Notes: a model not told the origin generated them from the sequence alone. A stretch of DNA of 64,000 nt from Candidatus Multivoradales bacterium (GCA_965248925.1 CBDFLE010000006.1:3776001-3840000), one strand, 5' to 3'; shown: positions 19,593 through 30,764, counted from the first letter of the stretch. Translations and numbers: made by a program.

Positions 19593-22500
19593 GCAGCGGC
19601 CGGACCCTGGCCGTTGCCGGCCTTGAATTCAGGACCCTGGCCAAGGGGCCGCTCTTTTGGTGCTTGGTGTTGGCGACCACGCTGGCGACTTTGGCGATCA
19701 ACCCGGCGGGGATGATTCCCAATGGTGATCCGGGTGGCTTGCAGCCGTTCATGAATTCTAGATACGCGGTGGCGCAGCTGTTCTGCTTGACCGGCTTCCT
19801 GGTCTACAGCTTTTTTGCCGCGATCATGGCTGGGATGTCGATTATCCGCGATGACGAGGCGGAGATCTCGGAGCTTCTGCACAGCACGCCGCTTGCCGCC
19901 CGCGAGTACATCCTCGGCAAGTTCGCTGGGGTGATGGCGGCGCTGGCCGGTGTCTTGGTCTTGCACGTATTGGTGGCGATGGTGTGCTTGGAACTGCGTC
20001 CGGTGACCGACGCGGCGACCCAGCGGGGCCCCTTTCGCTTGGCCAGCTATTTTCTGCCGGTGCTGGCTTTCGCCGGGCCGGCGATTTGGGCGTCGGCGGG
20101 TATCGCTTTCGCAGTGGGCGAGAGGACGCGCAAGCCGCTGTTGGTGTACGCCGTGCCCACCGCCTTATTCGCGGCCACGGTCTTCATCTTCTTACCCAGC
20201 CGTGGCGCGGACCTCGACCCATGGCTCGACAACTTACTGTTGATTCTCGACCCCTCGGGTTTGGGGTGGTTGATCGAGAGCTTTTTTCTTGTCGACCGAG
20301 GTGCGGAGTTCTACAACACCGCACCGTTGGCCTTTGATTGGATCTACTTCACCCGTCTCGGGTTGGCGCTGGTGCTTCCTATGCTGGCGGTGCTTGGGTC
20401 GATCGGCCACTGTGGAAGAGTCGCTCGGGGCAAGGCGGGCGGTTTCGACTTCTCGAGGTGGCGTCGGCCAGCTGTTAGGCAAGGGGTTCGTCCAGCATCT
20501 CTGGCGACCGAGAGTTCGAGCTTTCGACCGTTGCGCGATCTCCAGATGACGACTTCGAAACCCGGTTTCCTGGCCAGCACCTGGCATATTTTGCGGGCCG
20601 AGCTGGCGGAGCTGCGCGGCCAGCCCAGCATCTATGTCTTCATAACGCTGGTCTTACTAATGATTCCAGAGGGAGGGCTGAATCGTCACGGGGTCTACGG
20701 CGCGTCGCTGCTGCTGACCGCCGGCACCATGGCGAGGGCGACGCTGAGCCTGATCGGCCTGCTGGTTTGTTTGCTGCTGCTGTTCTTCACCGTCGAGTCC
20801 TTGCAGCGAGAGAAGATCACCGGTTTTGGCTCGATCTTCTATGCCTTGCCCTTCCGGACAAGTGCCTTGCTGTTGGCGAAAGGGCTGGCCGGAGCGGTGA
20901 TCGTCAGCGTCACCTTGGCGGGGAGTGTTGCGCTCTGTCTTGCTTTGCTGGCGTTGCAAGAGGGCACTCGCTTCGAAGTTTGGCCTTTCGTGGTGGTGTG
21001 GTGCGGGGTGTTGCCGGCGACTTTCTTTGTCTGGACCTCCTTCATCGTCGCGGTCTACGCCGGGTTGCGTCAGCGCTACCTGACCTATGCCGTGGGATTG
21101 GCGGCGTTGGCGGTGACCTTTGGTTACTTTCAGCGTGGCAAGTTGACTTGGGTGACCAATTGGCCGCTTTGGGGTACGTTGCGCTGGAGCGACATGGGCA
21201 CTTTCGATTTGAATGGCCGGGCCTTGTTGCTCAATCGCAGCCTGGCGCTGGTGGTGGGGGTTTTCTGTGTCGCTGTCGCCATCCAGTTTTTTGCCCGAAC
21301 AGAACCCGACGCCACTGCCGCGGCTTGGCGCCGACGGCCAGGAAAAGTGTTGCATCGGGCATTGCGGCTGGCGCCTTTTGCGCTGCTTCCGCTACTCCTT
21401 GGCGGCTATCTCAACCAGCAGATCGGGGTGGGGTTTCAGGGCGCTGTCGCGCAGCAGACGGCCAAGAACTATTGGCGACGCAACTTGGCGACGTGGTTTG
21501 ACTTTGAGACGGCAAAGATCACACATGTCGATCTGGCAGTCGAGTTGTGGCCCGCCCGCCGCGGCGCCACCATCGCCGGCACCTTCACTATGGTCAACCA
21601 GTCCGAGCAGCCGATGCGCTGGTTTCCCTTCACCGTCGCGCCGTCGTTTGGCGAGGTCAGCTGGACTCTCGATGGGCGTTCAGCGGCGGCTGAGAATCGC
21701 TCCGGCCTGGCGTTGCTCGAACGCCCTACGTCCCTGGCACCTGGTGGTCAGGTGGTGGTCGGCTTCGCCTACGATGCCGTCTATCCTCAGGGAATGACTC
21801 GCAATGGTCGGGGTGTGGAGCAGTTCGTCCTGCCGGCAGGGGTGGTGCTGCACACTTTGAGAGACTCCTTCTTGCCCACCCCTGGTTTTGTCGAGAGCAT
21901 CGGCGTTGGCGAGGACAATCGCTATGCGCCGCGGGCGCTCCCCGCCGACTTGCGGCAGCGAGAAGAGGCGCAGCCGGCGAGTGGCGATGGGGTGCCATTC
22001 ACCACCCGGATCGAGGTCACTGCACCCAGTGTTTACACGGTTAATTCGGTCGGCAACAAGACCGCGGAGTACACCGATCACGGTCGTACCACGGTGGTTT
22101 GGGAGAGCGACTATCCGATCGGTGCGGTCAATATCTTGGCGGGGCGTTGGCAGAGCCGGCAGCAGGGCGGTGCGGCGGTGTATTTTCATCCCGATCACCA
22201 GGGCAACATCGATCAGATTCTCGGCACTCTAGCCGCCGCGCGGCGGTACTACTCAGAGTGGTTCTTTCCTTATCCCTGGCAGCAGCTGCGGCTGAGTGAA
22301 TTCCCCAATCTGGTGACCAACGCGCAAGGTTTTCCGACCAATATCTCCTTTTCAGAGGGCATTGGATTTCTCGAGCGGCCGCAACTTGAGGGAGCACCGT
22401 TCTCGATGGTGGCCGCCCACGAAGCGGCCCATCAGTGGTGGGGCAATCTGGTCGCTGCGGCCGAGGGTCCTGGCACCGCTCATTTGGTCGAGGGAATGGC

Positions 22501-23185
22501 TCATTTCTCAGCCCTCCTGCTGCAAGAGGCCCAGAACGGGCTGCGTGGCCGGCTCGAGCTGAGTCGCAAGATGGAGGCCAGCTACGGCCGCAAGCGGCGG
22601 CTCGATGGCGAGCGGCCGGTGGCCGAGATGGTCGACGATCGAGAGACGTCGGATTGGACGGTGGTCTATGAGAAGGGCGCTTGGGTGATGTGGATGCTGC
22701 ACAATCATCTGGGACCGGCCAAGTCCTTGGCTGGGTTGAGTGAATTTGTACGGCAATTTCATCATCATCCCAAGCCACCGGTGACCGCGGATCTGCTGAC
22801 AGTACTGCGGTCTCAAGCAGTGGATCCCGAGGCGTTCGACGCCTTTGTCGAGCAGTGGTTTTATGATGTGGTGCTACCGATTTATCGCTGGCGAGAGGTC
22901 TCGGTAAGGCGGGTCGGCGAACGCTTCGAAATCAAAGCGACAATCGAGAACATTGGCACCGGCACCGCCACGGTGGAGGTGTCGGCGGTCCGCGGCCAAC
23001 GCTTCGCTGATCGGGCGCCGGGCGGTGATTCGCCCTACCAGGACCAGCGAACCTCGGTGTTGCTCGGGGGAGGCCAATCGCGGCAGGTTTCCTGGACGGT
23101 CGACTTCGACCCGGAGCGCCTGGTCATCGATCCCGACCTGTTGATCTTGCAGCTCGATCGTGATTTGGCGGTGGCTGAACTCTAG
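19589..23185 (+). CDS. ABC-2 permease fused to M1 aminopeptidase
   Basis: N-terminal multi-TM region; HEAAHQWWG...EG zinc motif; YEKG. Confidence 0.9.
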   Translation: MSSGRTLAVAGLEFRTLAKGPLFWCLVLATTLATLAINPAGMIPNGDPGGLQPFMNSRYAVAQLFCLTGFLVYSFFAAIMAGMSIIRDDEAEISELLHSTPLAAREYILGKFAGVMAALAGVLVLHVLVAMVCLELRPVTDAATQRGPFRLASYFLPVLAFAGPAIWASAGIAFAVGERTRKPLLVYAVPTALFAATVFIFLPSRGADLDPWLDNLLLILDPSGLGWLIESFFLVDRGAEFYNTAPLAFDWIYFTRLGLALVLPMLAVLGSIGHCGRVARGKAGGFDFSRWRRPAVRQGVRPASLATESSSFRPLRDLQMTTSKPGFLASTWHILRAELAELRGQPSIYVFITLVLLMIPEGGLNRHGVYGASLLLTAGTMARATLSLIGLLVCLLLLFFTVESLQREKITGFGSIFYALPFRTSALLLAKGLAGAVIVSVTLAGSVALCLALLALQEGTRFEVWPFVVVWCGVLPATFFVWTSFIVAVYAGLRQRYLTYAVGLAALAVTFGYFQRGKLTWVTNWPLWGTLRWSDMGTFDLNGRALLLNRSLALVVGVFCVAVAIQFFARTEPDATAAAWRRRPGKVLHRALRLAPFALLPLLLGGYLNQQIGVGFQGAVAQQTAKNYWRRNLATWFDFETAKITHVDLAVELWPARRGATIAGTFTMVNQSEQPMRWFPFTVAPSFGEVSWTLDGRSAAAENRSGLALLERPTSLAPGGQVVVGFAYDAVYPQGMTRNGRGVEQFVLPAGVVLHTLRDSFLPTPGFVESIGVGEDNRYAPRALPADLRQREEAQPASGDGVPFTTRIEVTAPSVYTVNSVGNKTAEYTDHGRTTVVWESDYPIGAVNILAGRWQSRQQGGAAVYFHPDHQGNIDQILGTLAAARRYYSEWFFPYPWQQLRLSEFPNLVTNAQGFPTNISFSEGIGFLERPQLEGAPFSMVAAHEAAHQWWGNLVAAAEGPGTAHLVEGMAHFSALLLQEAQNGLRGRLELSRKMEASYGRKRRLDGERPVAEMVDDRETSDWTVVYEKGAWVMWMLHNHLGPAKSLAGLSEFVRQFHHHPKPPVTADLLTVLRSQAVDPEAFDAFVEQWFYDVVLPIYRWREVSVRRVGERFEIKATIENIGTGTATVEVSAVRGQRFADRAPGGDSPYQDQRTSVLLGGGQSRQVSWTVDFDPERLVIDPDLLILQLDRDLAVAEL

Positions 23186-23249
23186 CTGGCTGTGGGCAGC
23201 TGGGCGACGTGCTAGCCTGCCGGGCAGAGTCCACCGCCCCTAGCCGCCG

Positions 23250-24128
23250 ATGAAGAACGCCCCTATTCGCCACCGTCTAGAGCAGGTCGCCTACCTGGCG
23301 GCCAAGGGTTGGTTGCGTGCCCATTCGCATGCTGGCGTGCGGCGTTTCGGCCATCGCTTCGGACGCTTGGCGCACCGCTTGCTGAGCAGCCAGCGGCGTT
23401 TGGCTCTGGCCAATCTGGAGCTGGTCTTGCCGCGGCTCGGCAGGGCTGAGCACGAGCGCATTGTCAAGGCTTGCTTCGAGCACTTCGGCGCCTACTTCTG
23501 CGAGTTCCTCTCCGCGGGGCGTTTCGATCGTCAAGCCAGCGATGCCCTTTTCGAGGTCGCGGGCTGGCAGCACGTCGAGGCCGCCGAAGCGGCTGGCGAC
23601 GGTTACTTTTTGATGACCGGCCACTACGGTGCTTTTGAACTCGGTGCCCATCCCTTCACTTTGCGCGCCGGCCCGGTCCACATGGTCGCCCGTCCGGCCG
23701 ACAATCCACACATCGAGGCCGACCTGGCTCGCCTGCGCTGCCGCTTCGGCAATCAGGTCATCCACAAACGGGGTGCTGCCCGGCGCATGTGGAGCGCGGT
23801 GCGCAAGGGCGCGCGGGTGGGCATTGTCATCGACCAGCGGGTGCCGTCGGATATTGGCATTCAGGTGCCTTTCCTAGGACAACCAGCCTGGAACAGCCCG
23901 GTGCTGGCGGCATTGTCGATCCGTACTGGCGCGCCGGTGCTACCGATCTTCACCGAACCCATCGAGGCCGATCGCTACCGCCTCACCGTCGGCGAGCCGA
24001 TCCTGCCAGAGGGCAAGGGTGAGGAAGCCGAACGCGCCCTTACCGAGCGCTACCTGGTAGAGATTGAAGGCTGGATCCGCCGCCGGCCCGAACTCTGGCT
24101 GTGGATGCATCGCAAGTGGCAGTTGTGA
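23250..24128 (+). CDS. Lipid A lauroyl/myristoyl acyltransferase family
   Basis: TGHYGAFE, VIDQ, PELWLWMHRKW. Confidence 0.88.
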   Translation: MKNAPIRHRLEQVAYLAAKGWLRAHSHAGVRRFGHRFGRLAHRLLSSQRRLALANLELVLPRLGRAEHERIVKACFEHFGAYFCEFLSAGRFDRQASDALFEVAGWQHVEAAEAAGDGYFLMTGHYGAFELGAHPFTLRAGPVHMVARPADNPHIEADLARLRCRFGNQVIHKRGAARRMWSAVRKGARVGIVIDQRVPSDIGIQVPFLGQPAWNSPVLAALSIRTGAPVLPIFTEPIEADRYRLTVGEPILPEGKGEEAERALTERYLVEIEGWIRRRPELWLWMHRKWQL

Positions 24129-24159
24129 GGATGGCAACGGCTAAGGCTGCCGAGTCTCT

Positions 24160-24420
24160 TCAGACCGGACTGTGTTCGACGGCGCCAGCTGGGATGGCCT
24201 CGTCTTCGAGCAGGATTGGGATGTCGGAGACGATCGGGTAGACCAGCTGCGAGGTCTCGCAGTAGAGCCCTTGGGAGACCTCGGGTTCTTCATCCCGGAA
24301 GTGTTCGCGGTACTTCTCGACCAGACTGTCGCAGGTCGGCTGGTCGAGCTTGACCAGGCTCAGCTCGCCGCGGCTTTTTGGGCAGATCAGAATGTCGAGT
24401 AGCTCGGTGTCGATGGCCAT
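24160..24420 (-). CDS. Trm112/YcaR family protein
   Basis: LLDILICPKSRGEL...YPIVSDIPILL. Confidence 0.85.
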   Translation of the reverse strand: MAIDTELLDILICPKSRGELSLVKLDQPTCDSLVEKYREHFRDEEPEVSQGLYCETSQLVYPIVSDIPILLEDEAIPAGAVEHSPV

Positions 24421-24498
24421 GGAGGTCTCCTCAGCAGTTTGAGAATTGATCTTAGACCATTGGTGGTGGTCTTCGCACCCCTGATACCGGGTCGGCAG

Positions 24499-25248
24499 TT
24501 ATAGGCCGCCAGCAAGGTCGATCAAGGTACCTGTGGCGTAAGAAGCTTTTTCGGAGAGTAGCCAGAGAATCGCCTCGGCTACCTCCTCCGGCCGGCCGCT
24601 GCGCTGCATTGGGATCTTCGCCTTGACGCGCTCTAGCCGATCGGGTTCACCGCCGCTCGCATGGATCTCAGTCTCGATAAATCCAGGCCGCACGGCGTTG
24701 ACCCGGATGCCCTGCGCGGCGACCTCTTGGGCGAGCCCAAGGGTCATCGTGTCGACGGCACCTTTGGAGGAGGCATAGTCGACGTACTCGCCAGGTGCGC
24801 CCAGCCGCGCCGCCGCAGACGAGACGTTGACGATGCTTCCACCCTGCCCGCCGTGCGCCGTCGACATGCGGCGTATGGCTTCGCGGGCGCAGAGAAAGGA
24901 GCCGAAGACGTTGGTTGCGAAGACTCTCCGCAAGCGCTCGATGCCGATCTCCTCGACCCGCATCTGCGGTGCCAGAATACCGGCATTGTTAACCAGGGCA
25001 GATAGCGAGCCGAGTTTTCGATCTACCGTCTCGAACAGCCGCACGACATCCGCTTCCACAGAAATGTCGGCGCCTACCGGCAACGCTGAACCGCCCGAGG
25101 TGCGGATCTCCCGCACGACGTCCTCAGCCGCCGCCTCGTTTGTCCGGAAATTCACACACACCGTGTAGCCGTGGGCGGCGGCAAGCTTGGCGGTTGCCCG
25201 GCCGATTCCTCGGCTGGCGCCGGTGACTAATAGGATGGGCTTCCTCAT
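24499..25248 (-). CDS. SDR family oxidoreductase
   Basis: TGASRGIG, NNAG, YASSK. Confidence 0.93.
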   Translation of the reverse strand: MRKPILLVTGASRGIGRATAKLAAAHGYTVCVNFRTNEAAAEDVVREIRTSGGSALPVGADISVEADVVRLFETVDRKLGSLSALVNNAGILAPQMRVEEIGIERLRRVFATNVFGSFLCAREAIRRMSTAHGGQGGSIVNVSSAAARLGAPGEYVDYASSKGAVDTMTLGLAQEVAAQGIRVNAVRPGFIETEIHASGGEPDRLERVKAKIPMQRSGRPEEVAEAILWLLSEKASYATGTLIDLAGGL

Positions 25249-25311
25249 CAACCTGCTTTCTTGCACCGGATGTCACGACAACCAGAAGCCGTAGTTTGTC
25301 CCCCAGGCGAA

Positions 25312-26094
25312 TCAGCTAGTCGGGATTAACAACCGCTCGACGCTGCGGGTCTTACCCGTAACCTCGTCGACGTCGATCACGGCGCCGGCCAGGCGCAGGT
25401 CGTGTTTGGCGATTTCTAGGGGCACGCGGGTTTGTAGGGCGAAGCGCTTGAGCACTTTGGCGGCTTTGAAGCCGATGATGCCGTCGTAGGGGCCGGTCAT
25501 GCCGACGTCGGTGATCAGGGCGGTGCCGCCGGCCAAGACGCGCTCGTCGGCGGTGGGTACGTGGGTGTGGGTGCCGAAGACGGCGCTGACTCGGCCGTCG
25601 AGGTAGAAGGCCATCGCTTGCTTCTCGCTGGTGGCCTCGGCGTGGAAATCCACCACCACCACCTTGACCTCCGAGGGTAGGTCGGCAAGCAGCCGGTCGG
25701 CGGCTTTGAAGGGCGAGTCGAGGTTCTTCATGAACACCAGCCCTTCGAGATTGATCGTCGCCACCGGCACCCCGGCTGCGGTCTCGCCGACATAAACACC
25801 GCTGCCGACATTGCCCTCGGGGTAATTTGCAGGACGCAACAAGCGGGGGTCGGAGCTGAGCAGCGGCAGACCCTCCTTCTTGTCCCAAATGTGGTTGCCA
25901 GTGGAGTAGCAGTCGATGTTCAACGCATCAAGTTCTTGGATGATCGCCGGGGTCACGCCGAAGCCGCCGGCGGAGTTTTCGACGTTGACGATCACGTAGT
26001 CGAGTTCGTACTGGTGGCGCAACTCGGGTAGCAGGCGTTGCAGGGTGCGGCGGCCGGGCTTGCCGATCAGGTCGCCGACGAATAGCAGCTTCAT
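25312..26094 (-). CDS. ymdB: YmdB-like metallophosphoesterase (TIGR00282)
   Basis: GDLIGKPG, GNH, DFHAEATSEK, GTHTH; follows rny. Confidence 0.93.
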   Translation of the reverse strand: MKLLFVGDLIGKPGRRTLQRLLPELRHQYELDYVIVNVENSAGGFGVTPAIIQELDALNIDCYSTGNHIWDKKEGLPLLSSDPRLLRPANYPEGNVGSGVYVGETAAGVPVATINLEGLVFMKNLDSPFKAADRLLADLPSEVKVVVVDFHAEATSEKQAMAFYLDGRVSAVFGTHTHVPTADERVLAGGTALITDVGMTGPYDGIIGFKAAKVLKRFALQTRVPLEIAKHDLRLAGAVIDVDEVTGKTRSVERLLIPTS

Positions 26095-26104
26095 CTCCGG
26101 TACC

Positions 26105-27679
26105 TCATCGGGCGTGTTCGATGGCGCGGGTTTCGCGAATCACCGTCACTTTGATCTCGCCCGGGTAAGTGAGTTCGTTCTCGATCCGCTTGGCGATGTC
26201 CTTCGACAACCACAGCGAGGCTTCATCAGATAGCTTGCCGGAGTCGACGATGACCCGGATCTCGCGGCCGGCCTGGATGGCGAAGGTCTTCTGCACTCCT
26301 TTGAAATCGCGCGCGATCTCTTCCAGCTTCTCGAGCCGCTTGATGTAGCTCTCGAGCACTTCGCGGCGGGCCCCCGGACGGGCCGCCGACAGCGCATCTG
26401 CGGCGGTCACCAGCACCGCTTCGACGGTCTCCGGATCGAAGTCGCCGTGGTGGCAAGCCATGCCGTGGACCACTTTCTCGGACTCGCCGTACTTGCGCAG
26501 CAGATCGATGCCGAGATGCAGGTGGGAACCCTCCATCTCGCGGTCCACGGCCTTGCCGATGTCGTGCAGCAGGCCCGCGCGTTTGGCGGTGTGGATGTCG
26601 GCGCGCAGTTCGGCGGCCATGGTGGCGGCCAGATAGGCGACCTCTTTGGAGTGCTTGAGCACGTTCTGGCCATAGGACGTGCGGTAGCGCAGGCGGCCGA
26701 GCAGTTTGACCAACTCGGGATGGATGTCGGCCAGGTTGAGTTCCAGGAGAGCCGCTTCGCCTTCTTGCTGCACCCGGGTCTCGAACTCGGCTTTGACCTT
26801 CTCAACCACTTCCTCGATACGGGCCGGGTGGATGCGGCCGTCGGTGATCAGGCGTTCCAGAGCCACGCGGGCGATCTCGCGGCGAAAGGGATCGAAGCCC
26901 GAGAGGATCACCGCTTCCGGCGTGTCGTCGACGATCAAATCAACCCCGGTAGCCATCTCTAAAGCGCGTATGTTGCGCCCCTCGCGGCCGATAATGCGGC
27001 CTTTCATCTCGTCGCTGGGCAGCAGCACCACCGAGACGGTGGTCTCGGCGACGAAGTCCGAGGCATTGCGTTGAATGGCGTTGGCGAGGATACGTTGCGA
27101 CTGTTTGTTGGCTTGCTCGCGGGCTTCGTCTTCGATCCGCTTGACCAGGTGGGCGGCTTCGTTGCGGGCATCGGTCTCGAGCACCCGGATGAGGTCCTCT
27201 TTGGCCTGGTTGGCGGTCAAGCCAGAGATTTGTTCGAGCTTGGTGCGCTCTTGCTGAATCAGCTGATCGAGATCGGTCTGGGCGCGGTCGACTTGCTTTT
27301 CTTGGCTGGCCAGCTGACGCTCCAGCTCGGCAGAAGTTTGCTCGCGCCGAGTGACTTCCTGGTGCCGCCGGTCGACGGAATCACCTTTCTGTGCCAGACG
27401 ATGCTCGATCTTCTCCAGCTCGCTACGCCGTTGCCGCGACACCTTCTCGAACTCGTTGCGGGCTTGAAGCAGCTTTTCCTTGACCACCAGCTCACCTTCG
27501 CGCAGCTTGGCTTCGCTGTCGCGGCGAGCGTCTTCGACTACTTTCTGGGCCTCTTTCTGTGCGGCTTCGATCTGCTGTCGGGCGGACCGCTGAATCAGCA
27601 GGAAATATAGCTGTACGGCGATCACGATCGCCACCAGGACGATCAAGATCCAGAGGATCGGGCTGGTCACTTCGTTCAC
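26105..27679 (-). CDS. rny: Ribonuclease Y
   Basis: N-terminal TM and coiled coil, KH ([11 protein letters not shown]), HD (LLHDIGK), AIQAGRE. Confidence 0.97.
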   Translation of the reverse strand: MNEVTSPILWILIVLVAIVIAVQLYFLLIQRSARQQIEAAQKEAQKVVEDARRDSEAKLREGELVVKEKLLQARNEFEKVSRQRRSELEKIEHRLAQKGDSVDRRHQEVTRREQTSAELERQLASQEKQVDRAQTDLDQLIQQERTKLEQISGLTANQAKEDLIRVLETDARNEAAHLVKRIEDEAREQANKQSQRILANAIQRNASDFVAETTVSVVLLPSDEMKGRIIGREGRNIRALEMATGVDLIVDDTPEAVILSGFDPFRREIARVALERLITDGRIHPARIEEVVEKVKAEFETRVQQEGEAALLELNLADIHPELVKLLGRLRYRTSYGQNVLKHSKEVAYLAATMAAELRADIHTAKRAGLLHDIGKAVDREMEGSHLHLGIDLLRKYGESEKVVHGMACHHGDFDPETVEAVLVTAADALSAARPGARREVLESYIKRLEKLEEIARDFKGVQKTFAIQAGREIRVIVDSGKLSDEASLWLSKDIAKRIENELTYPGEIKVTVIRETRAIEHAR

Positions 27680-27765
27680 CCCCAGATAGAGGTAGGTGCA
27701 TCAGCAGGAGGCAGGCTGATCAATGCGTCGCCATCGTTGGTGGCGGCCAAGGCAGAGAAGACCAA

Positions 27766-27956
27766 GCATCCCCCGTGGGGGTAAGGTGGGGCTCCTTTGG
27801 TTAGAACCGGGCTCCAACCAGGTGGGTGTCCGCGCCGCTGGCCGTCAGCGTCCTCGTGCAGGCGAGGCTGGCACGGGCCAGCGGGTGAAGACTCCCTATT
27901 TCATGACGTTGGTTCTAGCAATCTCAGAGACCCAGTTACCCATCCACGAGGGATGC
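27766..27956 (-). ncRNA. ssrS: 6S RNA
   Basis: About 190 nt between zapA and rny; complementary ends (GCATCCCTCGTGG / CCACGGGGGATGC); internal TAGAACC/GGTTCTA pairing; the zapA-6S position is conserved. Confidence 0.85.
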
Positions 27957-28018
27957 AAGACTTATGATGCCTTAGGCGCTTACAAGTTAGGCGCTTACCA
28001 GTGGCCAGCTTGGAGCTT

Positions 28019-28321
28019 TCAGGTGTCCAACGCTTCGTCGAGCTCGCCACTCAGCTCGGCCACTTTCTCCATGATCTGGACCCGTTCCCCTTCTAGCTGC
28101 TGAGTGCACTGAAGCAGTTCGTCGGCCAGATTCAGGGCCGCCAAGACAGCGATCTTACCGGAATCTACGGTCGTCACGTGTTCAGCGATCTCCTGCATCT
28201 TGCAGTTGACGAGGCCTGCTAGTTTTTGCATGTATTCGCGGCCGTGCTCGCTGCGCACATGGAAGACTGCGCCGTGGATCTCCACGTCGATCGAAGTGAT
28301 GCTTCTCGCTAGTGTTGCCAT
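28019..28321 (-). CDS. zapA: Cell division protein ZapA
   Basis: VEIHG...KIAVLAALNLADEL. Confidence 0.9.
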   Translation of the reverse strand: MATLARSITSIDVEIHGAVFHVRSEHGREYMQKLAGLVNCKMQEIAEHVTTVDSGKIAVLAALNLADELLQCTQQLEGERVQIMEKVAELSGELDEALDT

Positions 28322-28424
28322 GCCCGTGCGACTCCGCAAAGTGTCTCGCTCCGCGGGCAACCCATGCCCTGCCAGAGATTTAGACGCGGGTGAACTATAG
28401 CACAGGGCGGTTGGCCCAGGCCCC

Positions 28425-28667
28425 CTAGCTTTGGTCGGTGAGCAGTTCTTCGAGGTGCTCGACCAGGCTGCCAACCCGCTGCTGAATGTCGTCCCGCTCT
28501 TGCTGCCAGGCGGTGACTTCTTGCTGATTCTTCTGCGCCTCGGTGAGGGCGCTCTCTAGTTTGCCGACACGGGCTTCGAGTTGGGTGTTCTGCTCCCGCG
28601 CTTGACGCAGGCCTTTGGCGGCGGCATGAACTTTCTCTTCTAAATCTTTGAGCCAGGCGGTAGACAT
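28425..28667 (-). CDS. zapB: ZapB-like coiled-coil protein
   Basis: 80-aa coiled coil (LEEKV...ERDDIQQRVGSLVEHL) between pheT and zapA. Confidence 0.7.
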   Translation of the reverse strand: MSTAWLKDLEEKVHAAAKGLRQAREQNTQLEARVGKLESALTEAQKNQQEVTAWQQERDDIQQRVGSLVEHLEELLTDQS

Positions 28668-28700
28668 TTCTTCTCCTGCGGGCAGGCCCTCGGCACCGAA

Positions 28701-30764
28701 TCAATGGGCCAGGCCGAATCGCTTCTCGAGCTGCGCCGCCAAGTCTTGGTGGCGCTGGTTGATTTCGTCTTGAGTCAGTGAGCCGGCCGTCGAGCCGTAT
28801 TGGAACCAAATCGTGGTGTTGACCGCTCCTGCCGGCACCCCCCTACCGCTGTAGCGGTCCTTGAGGCCGAAGGAGAGCAGGTCGGTGATTTGCTGCTGGT
28901 CGATGGTGCGGCCGATCTCGCTCCAGGAGACTTCGACCGCGTGGGTCAAGGTGGTATCGGCCGCGATGCCGGGGTGCTTGGACGGGATATCGACCCGCAG
29001 AGCACTTTCCTGGTCATCCCTGAGCAGAGCGCTGCAGGCCAACTCGGCGACCAGTAGCGGCCAGGGGCCATCCTCGTCGAGCTGGCCGAGGTAGCCCACT
29101 GGCTGCTCCGGCTGGTCGGCGACAAACAGGTCGGAGGTATGGCCGGGCAGCAACTGCGGCCGGCGGCTCGGGCGCGCTTCGAGGGTCACTCCAAGAGCCT
29201 GCGCCAGGCTGTCGACGACCCCCTTGAGGTCGAAGAAGTCGACCTCGGCCGGGCGTTGCCAAGCGCTGCCAGCGGCACCGCCAGCGACCAACGCGAGGGT
29301 CTCGAACTCGCGCACGCCAGCTACCGGTGAGGTCACCCCAGCATCGGCGGCGAAGACATGGGCAATCTCGAACAGGCGCACTTCCCCGGCGCCGCGGCGC
29401 TGGTTGTAGCGCGCCGTGCTCAGCAAGCCGGGCAACAGCGAGCGGCGCATCACCGCATAGCGGTCAGATAGGGGATTGGCCACCTGCAAAGCGGGAGCAG
29501 CGCTCAATAAGCCGGCGAAGGCGTCGTCGGACTGGCGATCGTGGAAGGCGTAGTTGATCGCTTCGGCGAAGCCGCAGGCCGCCAGGTGATCCTGGATCTG
29601 TCGCCGCAGTCGGTGGTTGGGACTCTCGGCAGCATCGAGGCCGGCGATCTGCGGCAAGCTGGAGGGCACGTTGTCGAAGCCATGGATGCGCAACAGCTCC
29701 TCATAGAGGTCTGCCGGGAAGGGGTTGTGAAAGTCGTACCAGCGCCACGAGGGGGCGCTGACCCGCCAGCAATCTTCGCCCTTGGACTCGGCCGCGAAAC
29801 CCAGGGCGGTCAACGTTGTCTCGATCTCAGCGGGGGCGATGTCGACCCCGCCGAAGGCTGCCAGCCGGTGCCGTTCGAGGTCCAAGGTCGGTGGCCAGTC
29901 GGGGTCTAGATGCTGTGGATCTACCTCACCGGCCAGCACTTCGCCACCGGCTAGCTCGGCGATCAAAGCTGCCGCTCGCTGAGCTGCCCAAAGGCAGGCC
30001 AGGGGGTCGGCACCGCGTTCGAAACGGTGGCTGGCGTCGGTGTGTAGGCCGAGTTTTTTGGCCCCACGGCGGACGACGTTGGGGTCGAAATGGCCGCTTT
30101 CGAGCAGCACCGTGGTGGTGCTGTCGGTGACCTCGCTATCGCGCCCGCCCATCACTCCCGCCAACCCCACCGCTCGTTCGGCATCGGCGATCACCAGCAC
30201 CTCCGGATCGAGCTTGTGCTCGTTGCCGTCTAGGGTCACCAAGGCTTCGCCGGCATGGGCGCGGCGGACCCGGATCTCAGCTCCGGCGAGCTTGTCGTAG
30301 TCGTAAGCATGCAGCGGTTGGCCGGTTTCCCAGAGCACGAAGTTGGTGATGTCGACGATGTTGTTGATCGATCGCGAGCCGATCGCTTGCAGCCTCTCGA
30401 CCAGCCAGCTCGGACTCGGTCCGACGGTGACGCCGCGGATCATCAGCGCGCTGTAGCGCCGGCATAGCAGCGGCTCTTCCAGGGAGATGATGATCTTGCC
30501 GTCGATCGACTCAGAGCAGGTGCTGGCAACCAACTCGGGCGGCCGTAAGGGTTGGCCAAAGACCACCGCAACTTCCCGTGCCATGCCGAGGTGGCACATG
30601 CAGTCGGGGCGGTTGGTGGTGATGTCGAGATCCAGCACCACGTCGTCGCCCACTTGGCGTTGACCTTCGACCGCCAGCCCGGCGTCGGTCAGTCCGCGGG
30701 CGAGCTGATCGAGATCCTCGGGTAGCTCGACATAGTCGCCAATCCAATTGCGTGAAAGCTCCAT
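28701..30764 (-). CDS. pheT: Phenylalanine--tRNA ligase beta subunit (short form)
   Basis: TTNRPD, INNIVDITN, DASHRFERG, MRRSLLPGLL; 687 aa. Confidence 0.95.
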   Translation of the reverse strand: MELSRNWIGDYVELPEDLDQLARGLTDAGLAVEGQRQVGDDVVLDLDITTNRPDCMCHLGMAREVAVVFGQPLRPPELVASTCSESIDGKIIISLEEPLLCRRYSALMIRGVTVGPSPSWLVERLQAIGSRSINNIVDITNFVLWETGQPLHAYDYDKLAGAEIRVRRAHAGEALVTLDGNEHKLDPEVLVIADAERAVGLAGVMGGRDSEVTDSTTTVLLESGHFDPNVVRRGAKKLGLHTDASHRFERGADPLACLWAAQRAAALIAELAGGEVLAGEVDPQHLDPDWPPTLDLERHRLAAFGGVDIAPAEIETTLTALGFAAESKGEDCWRVSAPSWRWYDFHNPFPADLYEELLRIHGFDNVPSSLPQIAGLDAAESPNHRLRRQIQDHLAACGFAEAINYAFHDRQSDDAFAGLLSAAPALQVANPLSDRYAVMRRSLLPGLLSTARYNQRRGAGEVRLFEIAHVFAADAGVTSPVAGVREFETLALVAGGAAGSAWQRPAEVDFFDLKGVVDSLAQALGVTLEARPSRRPQLLPGHTSDLFVADQPEQPVGYLGQLDEDGPWPLLVAELACSALLRDDQESALRVDIPSKHPGIAADTTLTHAVEVSWSEIGRTIDQQQITDLLSFGLKDRYSGRGVPAGAVNTTIWFQYGSTAGSLTQDEINQRHQDLAAQLEKRFGLAH

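Noticed and set aside
19589-23185. ABC permease-M1 peptidase fusion as a novelty
   Set aside because: A widespread, already annotated architecture.
28701-30764. Truncated pheT pseudogene
   Set aside because: The ORF is intact; it only lacks the tRNA-binding OB insert, a known short form.
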